NCBI GenBank assembly: GCA_963709885.1
Contig: CAVPXY010000006.1
Location: forward strand, 93,251-157,250
Length of the DNA: 64,000 nucleotides
Source: an uncultured Solirubrobacteraceae bacterium
GTDB lineage: Bacteria; Actinomycetota; Thermoleophilia; Solirubrobacterales; Solirubrobacteraceae
Direction: 5' to 3'
Shown here: one piece after another, positions 28,777 through 39,076 of the stretch
Numbering within the stretch: the stretch's first letter is position 1
How the letters are laid out: the number at the start of each line of letters is the position of its first letter
Made by a program: the position numbers and the translations under genes
The notes under the pieces: generated by a model
What the model was told of the DNA's origin: nothing
Database searches by the model: none
The model's input: the letters and a program-made list of their open reading frames with translations, nothing else

Positions 28777-30879
28777 TCACTCTATGAGCGCCTCAAGGCG
28801 CGTGTAGGCATCCTCGACCGCCCGCCGGGCGGCGGTGTGCCGCGCCTGGGACTTGGCCGACTCGTACTGCGTGGCCCACGCCGCCGGGTCGGCCAGCTCC
28901 TCCTCGAGCGCCCGCATCGCTGCCTCGGCTTCCTCGACCGCGCGCTCGGCCTTCTGCTGATCGTTCAGGCGGTTCTTCGAGGGTGACTTTCCCTTGGTCT
29001 TCGGCTTCGTGCTCCCCTTCGGAGGTTTCCCGTCGGCACCTGCCGCGGTCCCCTTCAGAGCGCCATCCGGGCCAGGCCCCGACCCATTGGCGGCGCGCGT
29101 CGTCCCCGCGCCCGCGGCCGCCGTGCGAGGCGGGAGCGTCCTGGGCGACGGGGCAGCGCGCTGCTCGTCGCGGACGCGCACATACTCGGGCCAGCCGCCG
29201 GGGTAGCTGCGCAGCGACCCTCCCTCGACGGCGATCGTCCTCGTGCCCACCGCGTCGAGCAGCGCGCGGTCGTGGGAGACGAGCAGGATCGCTCCTTCAA
29301 AGGAGCGCAGCGCATCCTCGAGCGCCTCCCGGCTGTCGAGGTCGAGGTGGTTGGTGGGCTCGTCCAGGATCAGCACGTTGGGCGGGGTCGCCGACCCCAC
29401 GAGGATCGCCAGAGACAGCCGCCGCCGCTCGCCGCCGGAAAGCCCTTCGAGCGGCTTCTCTGCATCCTCGCCGGAGAACAGGAAGCGCCCGAGCAGCGCC
29501 CTCGCCCGCCCCGGGGTCAGCCCGGTGGCGCGCTGCGCTGCCTCGACGACGCTCTGACCGGGGGCTCCACCGGCGCCGAGCTCGTCGGCGTGCTGGGAGA
29601 GGTAGCCGATCCGGACGTTGTGGCCGATGCTCAGCCTCCCAGCCGCGAGCTCGCGCCGTCCGGCGAGCGTTTCGATCAGCGTCGTCTTGCCCGTGCCGTT
29701 GGGACCAACAAGCGAGACGTGCTCGCCACGCTCCAACCACAGCTCGGCGTGCTCGAGCAACACGACTGGGCTCTCCCCAGACTTCCCACGGTCGCCGCCT
29801 CCCTTTTCCCCGGAATCTACACGGTCCCCGCCCTCTCCGCCCCCACCGACCTCGATGCGGCCGTCCAGAAGCTCGAAGATCACCCGTCCCGAGCGCTCGG
29901 GCGCAGAGAAGGTGAACTCCAGGCCCTTCCCATCCTTCCCCACCTTGGACCCCGGCTCGATGCGCTCGATCCTGGCGAGCTTCTTCACTCGCGACTGCGC
30001 CTGGCGTGCCTTCGTGGCCTTGTAGCGAAAGCGCTCGATGAACCGTTCCAGGCGGGCGATCTCGGCCCGCTGGGAGTCGATCGCCTTGCCCAGCGCGATC
30101 TCGCGCGCCGCCTGCTCTCGGCGCCAGCGGTGCCACGTTCCCGCAAAGAAGCGCCCGCGACCGCCCTCGATCTCCAGCACCGCCGTGCCGACCGCCTCCA
30201 GGAACCAGCGGTCGTGCGCCACCAGCACCACCGCCGCGTCCAGCTCGACGAGCGTCTGCTCGAGCCACTCCAGCGACTCGATGTCGAGATGGTTGGTGGG
30301 CTCGTCCAGCAGTAGCACGTCGGCACCGGTGGCGAGCGCTCGGGCAAGCGACGCACGCGTGAGCTGCCCGCCGGAGAAGGTGTCCAGGGCACGATCCAAG
30401 TCCTCCTCGACGAACCCCAGACCGCGCGCCATGGTGGTCGCGCGTTCACGCCACGAATAGCCGCCGCGAGCCTCCAGCTGCGCCTGGGCACGGCTGTAAC
30501 GAGCAAGCATCGCCTCGTCGGCGGCGCCGCTTGACATCTCTCCCTCCAGCTCGCGCAGCTCGGCCTCGATCTCGAGCTCCTCCGCACAGCCGGACAGCAG
30601 GTACTCGCGCAACGGCATCCCTCGACCACCGGCTCGGCCGGCGGTGCCCCGCGGCGGACGCTGGTCGTGCAGCGCGATCCGGACGCCCTTGGCGACGCTC
30701 AGCTTGCCCCCGTCGATGGAGGTCTCACCCGAGAGCATCCGCAGGAGCGTTGTCTTGCCGGTGCCGTTGCGTCCCGCGATGGTCATCCGTTCGCGGCGCT
30801 CGAGCTTGAACGACACCCCGCGCAGCAGCGGCTGCCCGGCCATGTCCTTGTGCAGGTCTGATGCGATCAATAAGGCCAT
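28777..30879 (-). CDS. ABC-F family ATP-binding protein
   Basis: Two ABC domains (GRNGTGKTT/FSGG/LDEPTNHLD and GPNGTGKTT/LSGGE/LDEPTNHLD), no TM, C-terminal coiled coil. Confidence 0.95.
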   Translation of the reverse strand: MALLIASDLHKDMAGQPLLRGVSFKLERRERMTIAGRNGTGKTTLLRMLSGETSIDGGKLSVAKGVRIALHDQRPPRGTAGRAGGRGMPLREYLLSGCAEELEIEAELRELEGEMSSGAADEAMLARYSRAQAQLEARGGYSWRERATTMARGLGFVEEDLDRALDTFSGGQLTRASLARALATGADVLLLDEPTNHLDIESLEWLEQTLVELDAAVVLVAHDRWFLEAVGTAVLEIEGGRGRFFAGTWHRWRREQAAREIALGKAIDSQRAEIARLERFIERFRYKATKARQAQSRVKKLARIERIEPGSKVGKDGKGLEFTFSAPERSGRVIFELLDGRIEVGGGGEGGDRVDSGEKGGGDRGKSGESPVVLLEHAELWLERGEHVSLVGPNGTGKTTLIETLAGRRELAAGRLSIGHNVRIGYLSQHADELGAGGAPGQSVVEAAQRATGLTPGRARALLGRFLFSGEDAEKPLEGLSGGERRRLSLAILVGSATPPNVLILDEPTNHLDLDSREALEDALRSFEGAILLVSHDRALLDAVGTRTIAVEGGSLRSYPGGWPEYVRVRDEQRAAPSPRTLPPRTAAAGAGTTRAANGSGPGPDGALKGTAAGADGKPPKGSTKPKTKGKSPSKNRLNDQQKAERAVEEAEAAMRALEEELADPAAWATQYESAKSQARHTAARRAVEDAYTRLEALIE

Positions 30880-30939
30880 CGGCTCGGATACTAGGGCCGG
30901 CCGGGATGGCCGGCCGAGGTTACCGCCGTGGCGGCCGGA

Positions 30940-30965
30940 ACGGTCAGGAGAGACGGTCAGGAGAG
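30940..30965. repeat. 13-bp tandem duplication ACGGTCAGGAGAG x2
   Basis: Copies at 30940-30952 and 30953-30965 in a divergent intergenic region. Confidence 0.8.
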
Positions 30966-31109
30966 AGTCACCTCCGCGGGACCTCCCGTCCCGCGAATCG
31001 AAACGGCAACGTCGGTGTCGCCGCAGGAACGTGAAGGTCGGCTCGGCTCCAGACAGGATGCCGTTCACCCCGCGGAGCGGCCCCGGCCTTCGATAGGATT
31101 CCCGCCACC

Positions 31110-31379
31110 ATGCGCCGCCTGACGATCAGACTCCTCCTGCTCGCACTCCTGCAGGCACTCGTCCTCGCCCCGGCGGCGGCGGCCGAAAACGACGGTCGCG
31201 GCTTCTACGGCGCGACCGACGACAAAGTGGTGACCGATGCAGGCTTCATCCTCATCATCTTCTTCCCCGCGTTCGTGTTCGTCATGAGCATGATCCAGCG
31301 GCATCTGGATAAGCGCAAGGAAGCGCGCAAGGCCGCACACAAAGCCCTGGGCGACGTCCAGTGGCGCGGCGGCTGGTAG
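31110..31379 (+). CDS. Small hypothetical membrane protein
   Basis: Signal peptide, GRGFYGATDDKVVT, one TM and a basic tail; TAGGAT upstream. Confidence 0.75.
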   Translation: MRRLTIRLLLLALLQALVLAPAAAAENDGRGFYGATDDKVVTDAGFILIIFFPAFVFVMSMIQRHLDKRKEARKAAHKALGDVQWRGGW

Positions 31380-31416
31380 GCCCGATCACGTTGTCCGCCG
31401 GCGCGGTGGACATCCG

Positions 31417-32298
31417 ATGAGCGAGTCCCACCTCTCCCGCGAGCCCGACGCTGACCGCGAGCCAGACGCTGACCGCGAGCCAGACGCCGGCCCGGAGCCC
31501 GCCACGAGCCCGGAGCCCGCCGCCAGCCCCGAAGACAGCGCTGTCCACTATGAGCGCGTGGGTGCGGCGGCGCTGGTGACGATCGACCGCCAGCACAGAC
31601 GCAACGCCGTGGATGGACCCACCGCCGCCGCCCTGCACGACGCTTACCTGCGCTTCGAGGTGGATGAGGAGGCACGTGTCCTGGTGCTCACAGGTGCCGG
31701 GGGCGTGTCCTTCTGCGCGGGCGCCGACCTCAAGGCAACGGATACGTTCGTGGAGCGGCTGGACACAGAGGAGGGCCCGATGGGCTTCACCCGCCTGACG
31801 TCGTCCAAGCCGACCATCGCAGCGATCTCGGGCTTCTGCTTGGCGGGGGGCCTTGAGCTGGCATTGTGGTGCGACCTGAGGATCGCAACCGAGACCTCCA
31901 CGCTCGGCTGCCCCGAGCGTCGCTGGGGCGTGCCGCTGATCGACGGCGGCACCCAGCGCCTACCCCGCATCGTCGGGCTCGGGCGCGCGCTTGACCTGAT
32001 CCTCACGGGACGGATGATCGGCGCCCGTGAGGCCCTGTCGATGGGATTGCTCACCGAGGTCGTTCCACCGGGCGCTCACCTCGAGCGCGCGCTGGCACTC
32101 GCCGAGGGGCTCGCGAGCTTTCCCCAGCGGACGATGCTCGCCGACCGGCGCGCGGCAATCGACGGGTTGGGGCTGACGCTCGCGCAGGGACTTGCCCTGG
32201 AGGCAAAGGCCGGTCCGGAGGTGTTCGAGGATGGCGCGCGAGGCGCCGCGCGCTTTGCCTCCGGCGAGGGCCGCGCGGGGGCTGGGGCCGGAGCGTAG
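31417..32298 (+). CDS. Crotonase/enoyl-CoA hydratase family protein
   Basis: RRNAVD, FCAGADL, AGGLELALWCD and GVPLIDGGT; 18-bp repeats encode an N-terminal REPDAD tract. Confidence 0.93.
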   Translation: MSESHLSREPDADREPDADREPDAGPEPATSPEPAASPEDSAVHYERVGAAALVTIDRQHRRNAVDGPTAAALHDAYLRFEVDEEARVLVLTGAGGVSFCAGADLKATDTFVERLDTEEGPMGFTRLTSSKPTIAAISGFCLAGGLELALWCDLRIATETSTLGCPERRWGVPLIDGGTQRLPRIVGLGRALDLILTGRMIGAREALSMGLLTEVVPPGAHLERALALAEGLASFPQRTMLADRRAAIDGLGLTLAQGLALEAKAGPEVFEDGARGAARFASGEGRAGAGAGA

Positions 32299-32348
32299 GC
32301 CTACCCGGACGCAGCTTGCCGTGGTCATCCCGATATGCTCGTCTCACC

Positions 32349-34349
32349 GTGGCTTATTTCGTAACAGGAGCGACCGGTTTCATTGGACGACGCCTGATCG
32401 AGCGGCTGCTCAACCAGCGCCAGGGCAAGGTCTACGTGCTTGTGCGCGAGAGCTCAAAGGGACGGCTGGAGGACCTGATCGAGCGTTGGAGCATCGTGGC
32501 GGGGGCCTCGGCGGCGAAACGAATCCAGCCGGTTTTCGGGGATCTCCGCAGTCCGCTGCTGGGAGTCGAGCAGGAGCGGGTGACCGAGTTGCGCGGCAAG
32601 GTCGCCAACTTCTTCCACCTCGCCGCCCTCTACGACATGACCGCGTCGGCCGAGCTCAACACGGCGGTCAACGTCGGGGGGACTACGCACGCGGTGGAAC
32701 TGGCGCGGGCGCTGGAGGTCGAGTGCCTGCACCACGTCTCCTCGATCGCGGTAGCCGGCGAGTACAAGGGGCTGTTCGAGGAGGACTTCTTCGACGAGGG
32801 ACAGAAGTTGCCCTCTCCCTACCACAGGACCAAGTTCGAGGCCGAGCGGATCGTGCGCGAGCAGCCATACGTACCCTGGCGCGTATATCGCCCGGCGATC
32901 GTTGTGGGCGACTCGCAAACGGGTGAGATGGACAAGATCGACGGGCCCTACTACTTCTTCAAGGCGATCCAGCGCATGCGCACGGTCCTACCGGAGTGGG
33001 TGCCCCTGGTAGGTCTCGACCTGGGCAGGACGAACGTGGTGCCGGTCGACTGGGTGGCGGGGGCGCTCGACCACATCGCGCATGAGCCCGATCTGGACGG
33101 AAGGGCTTTCCACTTGACAGACCCGCGAACCCAGCGCGTGGACGAGGTGTTCAACGAGTTCGCCGCCGCGGCCCACGCGCCCCGCTTTGCGGTGAGCGTC
33201 GACAAACGGCTGACCGACGCACTGCCGACTTGGCCGCTGTCGCTGCTGCTGCGCATTCCCCCGCTGCACCAGGCGCGTGGAATCGCGCTGCGCGAGCTGG
33301 ACATCCCCGCGGAGGTGCTCTCTCACATGGAGCTGAAGCCCAGGTTTGACACGCACCGCGCCGAGCGGGCGTTGAAAGGCTCTGCATTGGAGCGGCCTCC
33401 GATTCTGCACGACTACGCGGCGCGGCTGTGGGACTACTGGGAGCGGGAGATGGACGACCTCGCCAAAGGAAGCTCGATGAAGGGGGCTCTCGGCGGAAAG
33501 CACGTCCTGATCACCGGCGCCTCCTCGGGAATCGGCAGGGCGAGCGCCGTGAAACTCGCAGCAGCAGGCGGGGTGCCGCTGCTCGTGGCCCGCAACGTCG
33601 AGAAGCTAGAGGAGGTCCGTGCCGAGATCGTCGCCGCGGGCGGCACCGCGTACGTGTACGCGGCCGACCTCGCCGACATGGAGTCCGTCGACCGGTTGGT
33701 CGAACGGGTGCTGGCCGACCACCGCAGAGTCGACATGCTCGTGAACAACGCCGGGCGCTCGATCCGGCGGTCGATCGCGCTGAGCTACAACCGCTTCCAT
33801 GACTTCGAACGCACGATGCAACTCAACTACTTCGGCGCCGTCAAGCTCATCATCGGGCTGCTCCCGCACATGCGCGAGCGGGGCTCGGGACACATCGTGA
33901 ACATCTCCTCCATCGGCGTGCAGACGAATCCTCCGCGCTTCTCCGCGTACGTCGCCTCGAAGGCGGCACTCGACGCGTTCACTCGCGTGGTTGCCTCGGA
34001 GGTCGTCGGCGACGGGGTGACGTTCACGACGATCCACATGCCGCTCGTGCGCACCCCGATGATCGCCCCGACGAAGATGTACGACGCCTTTCCCGCGATC
34101 ACCCCCGAGGAGGCGGGGGAAATGATCTGCGAGGCGCTGCGTTCGCGCCCAAAGCACATGGGCACGCCGCTGGGGACCTTCGGCGAGGTGGCCTACGCGC
34201 TCTCGCCGAAGGCGGTTGACCGGATCCTCCACCTCGCCTACCGCGTGTTCCCAGATTCAGCCGCCTCCAAGGGCGAGAAGAACGTCCACGAGCGAGCCTC
34301 GTTCGAGCAGATCGCGATGGCCACGCTGACGAGGGGCGTTCACTGGTAG
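32349..34349 (+). CDS. Two-domain SDR, fatty acyl-CoA reductase (AcrA1-like)
   Basis: N-domain TGATGFIG...YHRTK; C-domain TGASSGIG, NNAG and YVASK. GTG at 32349. Confidence 0.9.
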   Translation: MAYFVTGATGFIGRRLIERLLNQRQGKVYVLVRESSKGRLEDLIERWSIVAGASAAKRIQPVFGDLRSPLLGVEQERVTELRGKVANFFHLAALYDMTASAELNTAVNVGGTTHAVELARALEVECLHHVSSIAVAGEYKGLFEEDFFDEGQKLPSPYHRTKFEAERIVREQPYVPWRVYRPAIVVGDSQTGEMDKIDGPYYFFKAIQRMRTVLPEWVPLVGLDLGRTNVVPVDWVAGALDHIAHEPDLDGRAFHLTDPRTQRVDEVFNEFAAAAHAPRFAVSVDKRLTDALPTWPLSLLLRIPPLHQARGIALRELDIPAEVLSHMELKPRFDTHRAERALKGSALERPPILHDYAARLWDYWEREMDDLAKGSSMKGALGGKHVLITGASSGIGRASAVKLAAAGGVPLLVARNVEKLEEVRAEIVAAGGTAYVYAADLADMESVDRLVERVLADHRRVDMLVNNAGRSIRRSIALSYNRFHDFERTMQLNYFGAVKLIIGLLPHMRERGSGHIVNISSIGVQTNPPRFSAYVASKAALDAFTRVVASEVVGDGVTFTTIHMPLVRTPMIAPTKMYDAFPAITPEEAGEMICEALRSRPKHMGTPLGTFGEVAYALSPKAVDRILHLAYRVFPDSAASKGEKNVHERASFEQIAMATLTRGVHW

Positions 34350-34380
34350 GAGGAAACGCCGCGCTTGGGATCATTGAGCC

Positions 34381-35238
34381 GTGAGCCACACGGCCCCGGC
34401 CATCGAGGTGCGCGCCCTGTGTAAGCGCTATGGCGAATACGAGGCGGTACGTGGCATCGACATCACCGTGCAACGCGGTGAGGTGTTCGGCCTGCTCGGT
34501 CCGAACGGCGCCGGCAAGACGACGACCGTGGAGATCCTCGAGGGCTACCGCGAGCGCAGCGACGGGGAGGTATCGGTGCTCGGCCACGATCCGGCCAGGC
34601 GGTCGATCGAGCTGCGCCGTCGCATCGGCATCGTGCTGCAGTCGGGCGGTATCTACAGCCACGTGACTCCGCGCGAGGTGCTCGGCCACTGGGCCGGCTT
34701 CTACCCGCGCCCGCGCGATGTCGAGGAGGTCCTGACGCTGGCCGGCCTCCAGGAGAAGGCGGACGTGCGCAGCCGCAAGCTCTCGGGCGGACAGCTGCGG
34801 CGACTGGATTTCGCGCTGGCGCTGGTGGGCGATCCGGAGCTGATCTTCCTTGACGAGCCCACAACCGGGTTTGACCCGGCCGCGCGACATGCGGCCTGGG
34901 AGACCGTGCGCGGCCTGCGCGACCTGGGCAAGACGATCCTGCTCACCACCCACTACCTGGACGAGGCCCAGGAGCTGGCCGACCGGGTGGCGATCGTAAA
35001 GGACGGGCGCGTGCTCGCGATCGGTCCGCCGCGCGAGCTCGGCGTTGGAGGGTCACACTACCGTGTCGCCTACCGTGATCGCGACGGTGAGCTGGTCGAA
35101 CGGCACACCGAAGACCCCACGGGCCTGCTGAACGAGCTCACAGGCGAGGCGCTGGCGCGTGGGGAGCGATTGGAGGAGCTGACCGTTGGACGGCCAACGC
35201 TCGAGGACGTCTACCTGGAGCTGACCGCGGATGCCTGA
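34381..35238 (+). CDS. ABC transporter ATP-binding protein (DrrA-like exporter)
   Basis: GPNGAGKTT, LSGGQ, FLDEPT and TTHY. Confidence 0.95.
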   Translation: MSHTAPAIEVRALCKRYGEYEAVRGIDITVQRGEVFGLLGPNGAGKTTTVEILEGYRERSDGEVSVLGHDPARRSIELRRRIGIVLQSGGIYSHVTPREVLGHWAGFYPRPRDVEEVLTLAGLQEKADVRSRKLSGGQLRRLDFALALVGDPELIFLDEPTTGFDPAARHAAWETVRGLRDLGKTILLTTHYLDEAQELADRVAIVKDGRVLAIGPPRELGVGGSHYRVAYRDRDGELVERHTEDPTGLLNELTGEALARGERLEELTVGRPTLEDVYLELTADA

Positions 35239-35291
35239 CCCACGGCCTGCGAGGATGCCCGACGGACGGCCCACTCGGGAACGGGCAGCGG

Positions 35292-36041
35292 ATGCCTGAT
35301 GCGCTCGCCCTGACCTGGCGGCAGTACCGTCTGGAGCGCCGGATGTTCTGGCGCAACCCGAGCGCGGCGTTCTTCAACTTCCTGCTCCCGCTGCTGTTCT
35401 TGGTGGGTGGTGGAGTCATCCTGCGCGGGAATCAGCACGACCTGAACCTGCTGGTGCCTGCAATCGCGGGCATGAGCGTGATGTCGACGACGTTCACGGC
35501 GCTGGCCTACAACATCGTGTTCCTGCGCGAGCGCGGCGTGCTGAAGCGCGTCCGGGGGACACCGTTGCCCACGAGCTCCTACTTTGGCGGCGTCGCCGGA
35601 AACGCGGTGACGAACACGGCGGTGCAGATTGCGATCATCGTGCTCTGCGGACGGGTCTTCTTCGGGATCGGCTGGCCCGCCCACTGGGATGAGCTGATCG
35701 TGTTCGTGCTCGCTGGCGTCGTGTGCCTGGCCGCGCTGGGGGTTGCCTTTGCACACGTCATCCCCAACTTCGAGTCGACCGCTGCCTATGTGAACGCCGT
35801 GTTCCTGCCGGTGGTCTTCGTCTCGTTCTTCGTCTTCGAAAACAAGAGCGCCCCCGCGTTCCTGCTCACGATCGCCGAAGCGCTTCCGCTCAAGCCGCTC
35901 ATCGACGGGCTGTACGGGGCGATGGTGACCGGGTCGGGCCTGAGCAGCAATCTCGACGCGCTGGCCGTGATCGGGCTGTGGGGCGTGTTCGGGCTGTACT
36001 TGGCCGTGCGCGGCTTCTCGTGGGAGCAATCGCAGACCTGA
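35292..36041 (+). CDS. ABC-2 type permease
   Basis: FWRNP, RERGVLKR and about six TMs; follows the ATPase. Confidence 0.92.
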   Translation: MPDALALTWRQYRLERRMFWRNPSAAFFNFLLPLLFLVGGGVILRGNQHDLNLLVPAIAGMSVMSTTFTALAYNIVFLRERGVLKRVRGTPLPTSSYFGGVAGNAVTNTAVQIAIIVLCGRVFFGIGWPAHWDELIVFVLAGVVCLAALGVAFAHVIPNFESTAAYVNAVFLPVVFVSFFVFENKSAPAFLLTIAEALPLKPLIDGLYGAMVTGSGLSSNLDALAVIGLWGVFGLYLAVRGFSWEQSQT

Positions 36042-36060
36042 CTCCGAAAAGGGGGTACAC

Positions 36061-36729
36061 ATGAAGGAACTGGCCGATGACGTCTACCTGCTGCGCGGAT
36101 GGCCGCCGAACCTGATCAACGTGTACCTGGCCGGAGACGTGCTGATCGACGCGGCCACGAGGCAGGCGGAGAAGCGCATCATGCGCCAGATGAGCCAGCG
36201 GACGCTGACCGCGCATGCGCTCACACATGCCCACCCCGACCACCAGGGGTCAAGCCACGCGGTCTGCGAGCAGCTGGGGATACCCCTGTGGTGCGGGCAG
36301 GGCGACGTCCCGGCGATGGAGACACCGGGAGGGCTCCAGAGCAGCCAGGGACCCCGCTGGTTGAATCGACTGCGGGAGCACTACTGGACCGGGCCCCCGC
36401 ACCCGGTCGCGCGCGCATTGAAAGAAGGCGACGAGGTGGCCGGATTCACCGTGCTGGAGACTCCCGGACACTCGCGCGGGCACGTCGCCTTCTGGCGCGA
36501 ATCCGACCGCGTGCTGATCCTGGGCGACGTGCTGTTCAACATGAACACGCTGACGGGCATCTCCGGCCTGCGCGAGCCGCCTGCCATGTTCACGCCCGAC
36601 CCGGCGCGCAACCGCGAGTCCGCGCGTAAGCTCGCGGCGCTGGAGCCGGCGCTCGCGTGCTTCGGCCACGGCCCGCCTCTGCGCGACCCGCGCAAGCTGG
36701 CCGACTTCGTCGCGCGGCTGCCGGATTGA
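36061..36729 (+). CDS. MBL-fold metallo-hydrolase
   Basis: THAHPDHQG, TPGHSRGH, GD and GHG; AGGGG RBS. Confidence 0.92.
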   Translation: MKELADDVYLLRGWPPNLINVYLAGDVLIDAATRQAEKRIMRQMSQRTLTAHALTHAHPDHQGSSHAVCEQLGIPLWCGQGDVPAMETPGGLQSSQGPRWLNRLREHYWTGPPHPVARALKEGDEVAGFTVLETPGHSRGHVAFWRESDRVLILGDVLFNMNTLTGISGLREPPAMFTPDPARNRESARKLAALEPALACFGHGPPLRDPRKLADFVARLPD

Positions 36730-36734
36730 AGCCG

Positions 36735-37643
36735 ATGGCCGAGAGCGTCTTCCTCGCCGACGGCGAACGCTTCACGCCGACCGAACACGCACGCGGACCA
36801 TGGGATCCGCAGGCGCTTCACGGCGGGGCGCCGGCTGCGCTGCTCACGTCCGCGTTCGAACGGATGGAGCCCGGCTCGGAGCTGCGCATCGCGCGCCTCG
36901 GCTTCGAGTTCCTGCGCCCGATCCCGTTCGCCCCGCTCACGCTGTCGGCACGCATAGTGCGCGCGGGGCGGCGCGTCCAGGAGCTCGCCGGGGAGCTGAC
37001 CGCCGGGGCACGCAGCCCGACACAGGCCTCCGGACTGGGTGCCCGCCGGGGGGCACACAGCGTGGAGCGCTCGGGCGGCGGTGCCGGCGGTCCCGCAGGG
37101 GTCGGCGAGGAGCTCGTCTGTCGCGCCAGCGCGCTGCGCGTGCGGGAGGTCCCGGCAGATCTGCCGGTGTCCGACCGGCGGCCGCACGATGAGCCCACCC
37201 CGCTCCAGCACGCGCGGCTACCATCACCCGAGTCCGGTAGAGAGGTGCGCTTTGCGCTGGATGGCTCGAGCGATGCGAGCTTCGCGGCGACGGCGATGGA
37301 GATGCGCTGGCTCGGCGATCCTCGAGCGCTCGGACCGGGGCGGGTGTGGATGCGCCTGCGCCACCCGCTTCTCCCCGGTGAGCCTTTGACACCGCTGATG
37401 CGCCTGGCGGCGACCGCGGACTTCGGCAACGGCGTCAGCGCGACGCTGCCGTTCGACCGCTTCCTGTTCATCAACGCGGATCTTACGATCCACCTGCACC
37501 GGCCGCCGCTCGGTGAATGGATCGGCCTGGACGCTCGCACCCTGCTGCACGGCGGGGGCACCGGACTCGCGGAGAGCGTGCTCCACGACGAGCGCGGAGC
37601 GGTCGGGCGGGGGTTCCAGACGCTCGTGGTCCAGCCGCGCTGA
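36735..37643 (+). CDS. Thioesterase family (double hot-dog) protein
   Basis: GPWDPQALHGG, ADFGNG and FINADL; contains a Gly-rich insertion. Confidence 0.88.
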   Translation: MAESVFLADGERFTPTEHARGPWDPQALHGGAPAALLTSAFERMEPGSELRIARLGFEFLRPIPFAPLTLSARIVRAGRRVQELAGELTAGARSPTQASGLGARRGAHSVERSGGGAGGPAGVGEELVCRASALRVREVPADLPVSDRRPHDEPTPLQHARLPSPESGREVRFALDGSSDASFAATAMEMRWLGDPRALGPGRVWMRLRHPLLPGEPLTPLMRLAATADFGNGVSATLPFDRFLFINADLTIHLHRPPLGEWIGLDARTLLHGGGTGLAESVLHDERGAVGRGFQTLVVQPR

Positions 37644-37682
37644 GTAAGCGCGTCGGCCCGTTGCGGACTACCCTCCAAAGAG

Positions 37683-38546
37683 ATGAGCCCAATCGATCCC
37701 GCCCTTCGCATTCGCTCGGTGGCGCTCGCCGTGAGTGACCTCCCCCGCAGCAGTGACTTCTACGAACGCGTACTCGGCCTGCCGCTGATCGTCCAGGAGG
37801 AGCACAGAGCGCAGTTCGGCCCCGACGCCGAGCGTCCGGCGCTCGTGCTAACCGACATCGCGGCTCCCACACGCCTGCCCCCGGGCAGCACCGGCCTCTA
37901 CCACGTGGCCTGGCTGCACCCGAGCCGCTCCTCGCTCGCCGAGAGCGTGCGACGGGTCGCTCAGACGGGCTGGCCATTCGAGGGAGCAGCCGACCACGGG
38001 GTCTCGGAGGCTCTGTACCTGAGCGATCCCGACGGTCTGGGGATCGAGCTCTACGCGGACCGCCCGCGCGAGCAGTGGGAGCGACCCGCCAGCGGCCACG
38101 GTGTGAATATGACCACGCTGCCCCTCGACTTGGAGGATCTGCTCGCACAATCCTCCCGGGAGCCCACCCCAGCCGTGCCACCGGACACTGTTGTGGGGCA
38201 TGTGCATCTGAAGGTGTCCGACGTGCCCGGCGCCGCCACCTTCTACCGTGAGGCGCTCGGTTTCGAGGAGCAGGCCCAGCTCCCCTCGGCCGCGTTCCTG
38301 GCGGCCGGCGGCTACCACCACCATGTGGGGCTGAACTCGTGGCAGAGCCGGGGCGCCACGGCCGCTCCTGACACTGCCCCGGGCCTGCGCGAGGTCGACT
38401 TCGAGCTCGGGAGCCTGGAGGCGATTGATGCGCTCGAGCACAGGCTGGGCGAGCTGCCCTCAGAGTCCTCCGGCCAACGCCAGCGGGACGGGGGCCTGTC
38501 GCTGCGCGACCCCGACGGTCAGCTGCTTGCGTTCCATCCCGGCTGA
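37683..38546 (+). CDS. VOC family protein (CatE-like)
   Basis: GLYHVA, DHGVSEALYLSDPDG, GHVHLKV and GGYHHHVGLN. Confidence 0.9.
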   Translation: MSPIDPALRIRSVALAVSDLPRSSDFYERVLGLPLIVQEEHRAQFGPDAERPALVLTDIAAPTRLPPGSTGLYHVAWLHPSRSSLAESVRRVAQTGWPFEGAADHGVSEALYLSDPDGLGIELYADRPREQWERPASGHGVNMTTLPLDLEDLLAQSSREPTPAVPPDTVVGHVHLKVSDVPGAATFYREALGFEEQAQLPSAAFLAAGGYHHHVGLNSWQSRGATAAPDTAPGLREVDFELGSLEAIDALEHRLGELPSESSGQRQRDGGLSLRDPDGQLLAFHPG

Positions 38547-38606
38547 AGGGGTGTCAGGCGCTGACGGAGCTCGAGCGCTCGAGCTCATCGGTGGAAAGCC
38601 CGAGCT

Positions 38607-39049
38607 TCACCGCGGGGGCCTCCCACCCTCACGTCGCTCCAGCGCATCAGCGACGATCGTGGCGTGGTCGAAGGCGAGCTTCGGCAGACTGTCTGTGGGA
38701 AACCAGCGCGCGTCGCGCGCGTCGTCGGCGCCGCTGACAGCTTCCTCTAGGCAGCACCGTGGCGCCGTATACGATCGACACCGTCCAGCCTCGGGGATCT
38801 CGCCCCGGCGTGTCGTAGACGCCGAGCAACCGCAACGAGGCTGTCTGCAGGCCGGTCTCCTCAGCCAGCTCCCGCGGCGCCGCATCAAGGACCTGCTCGC
38901 CCTCCTCGACGAAGCCCCCCGGGAGGGCCCACTCGCCCGCGAACGGTGGGTATGCACGCTGAACGAGAAGCAGGCTGGGAACCGAGGCCTCGGTCAGCAC
39001 GACAACGATCCACCGTCAACATCGGCCGCGCCGGTGAATCCGTGCCCAT
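38607..39049 (-). CDS. NUDIX hydrolase, frameshifts near 39010 and 38748
   Basis: Nudix box [37 protein letters not shown] and LAFDH spread over three frames; each join needs one base removed. Confidence 0.85.
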
Positions 39050-39076
39050 GCGTCACCGATTCTACGGCGTCGGTCC

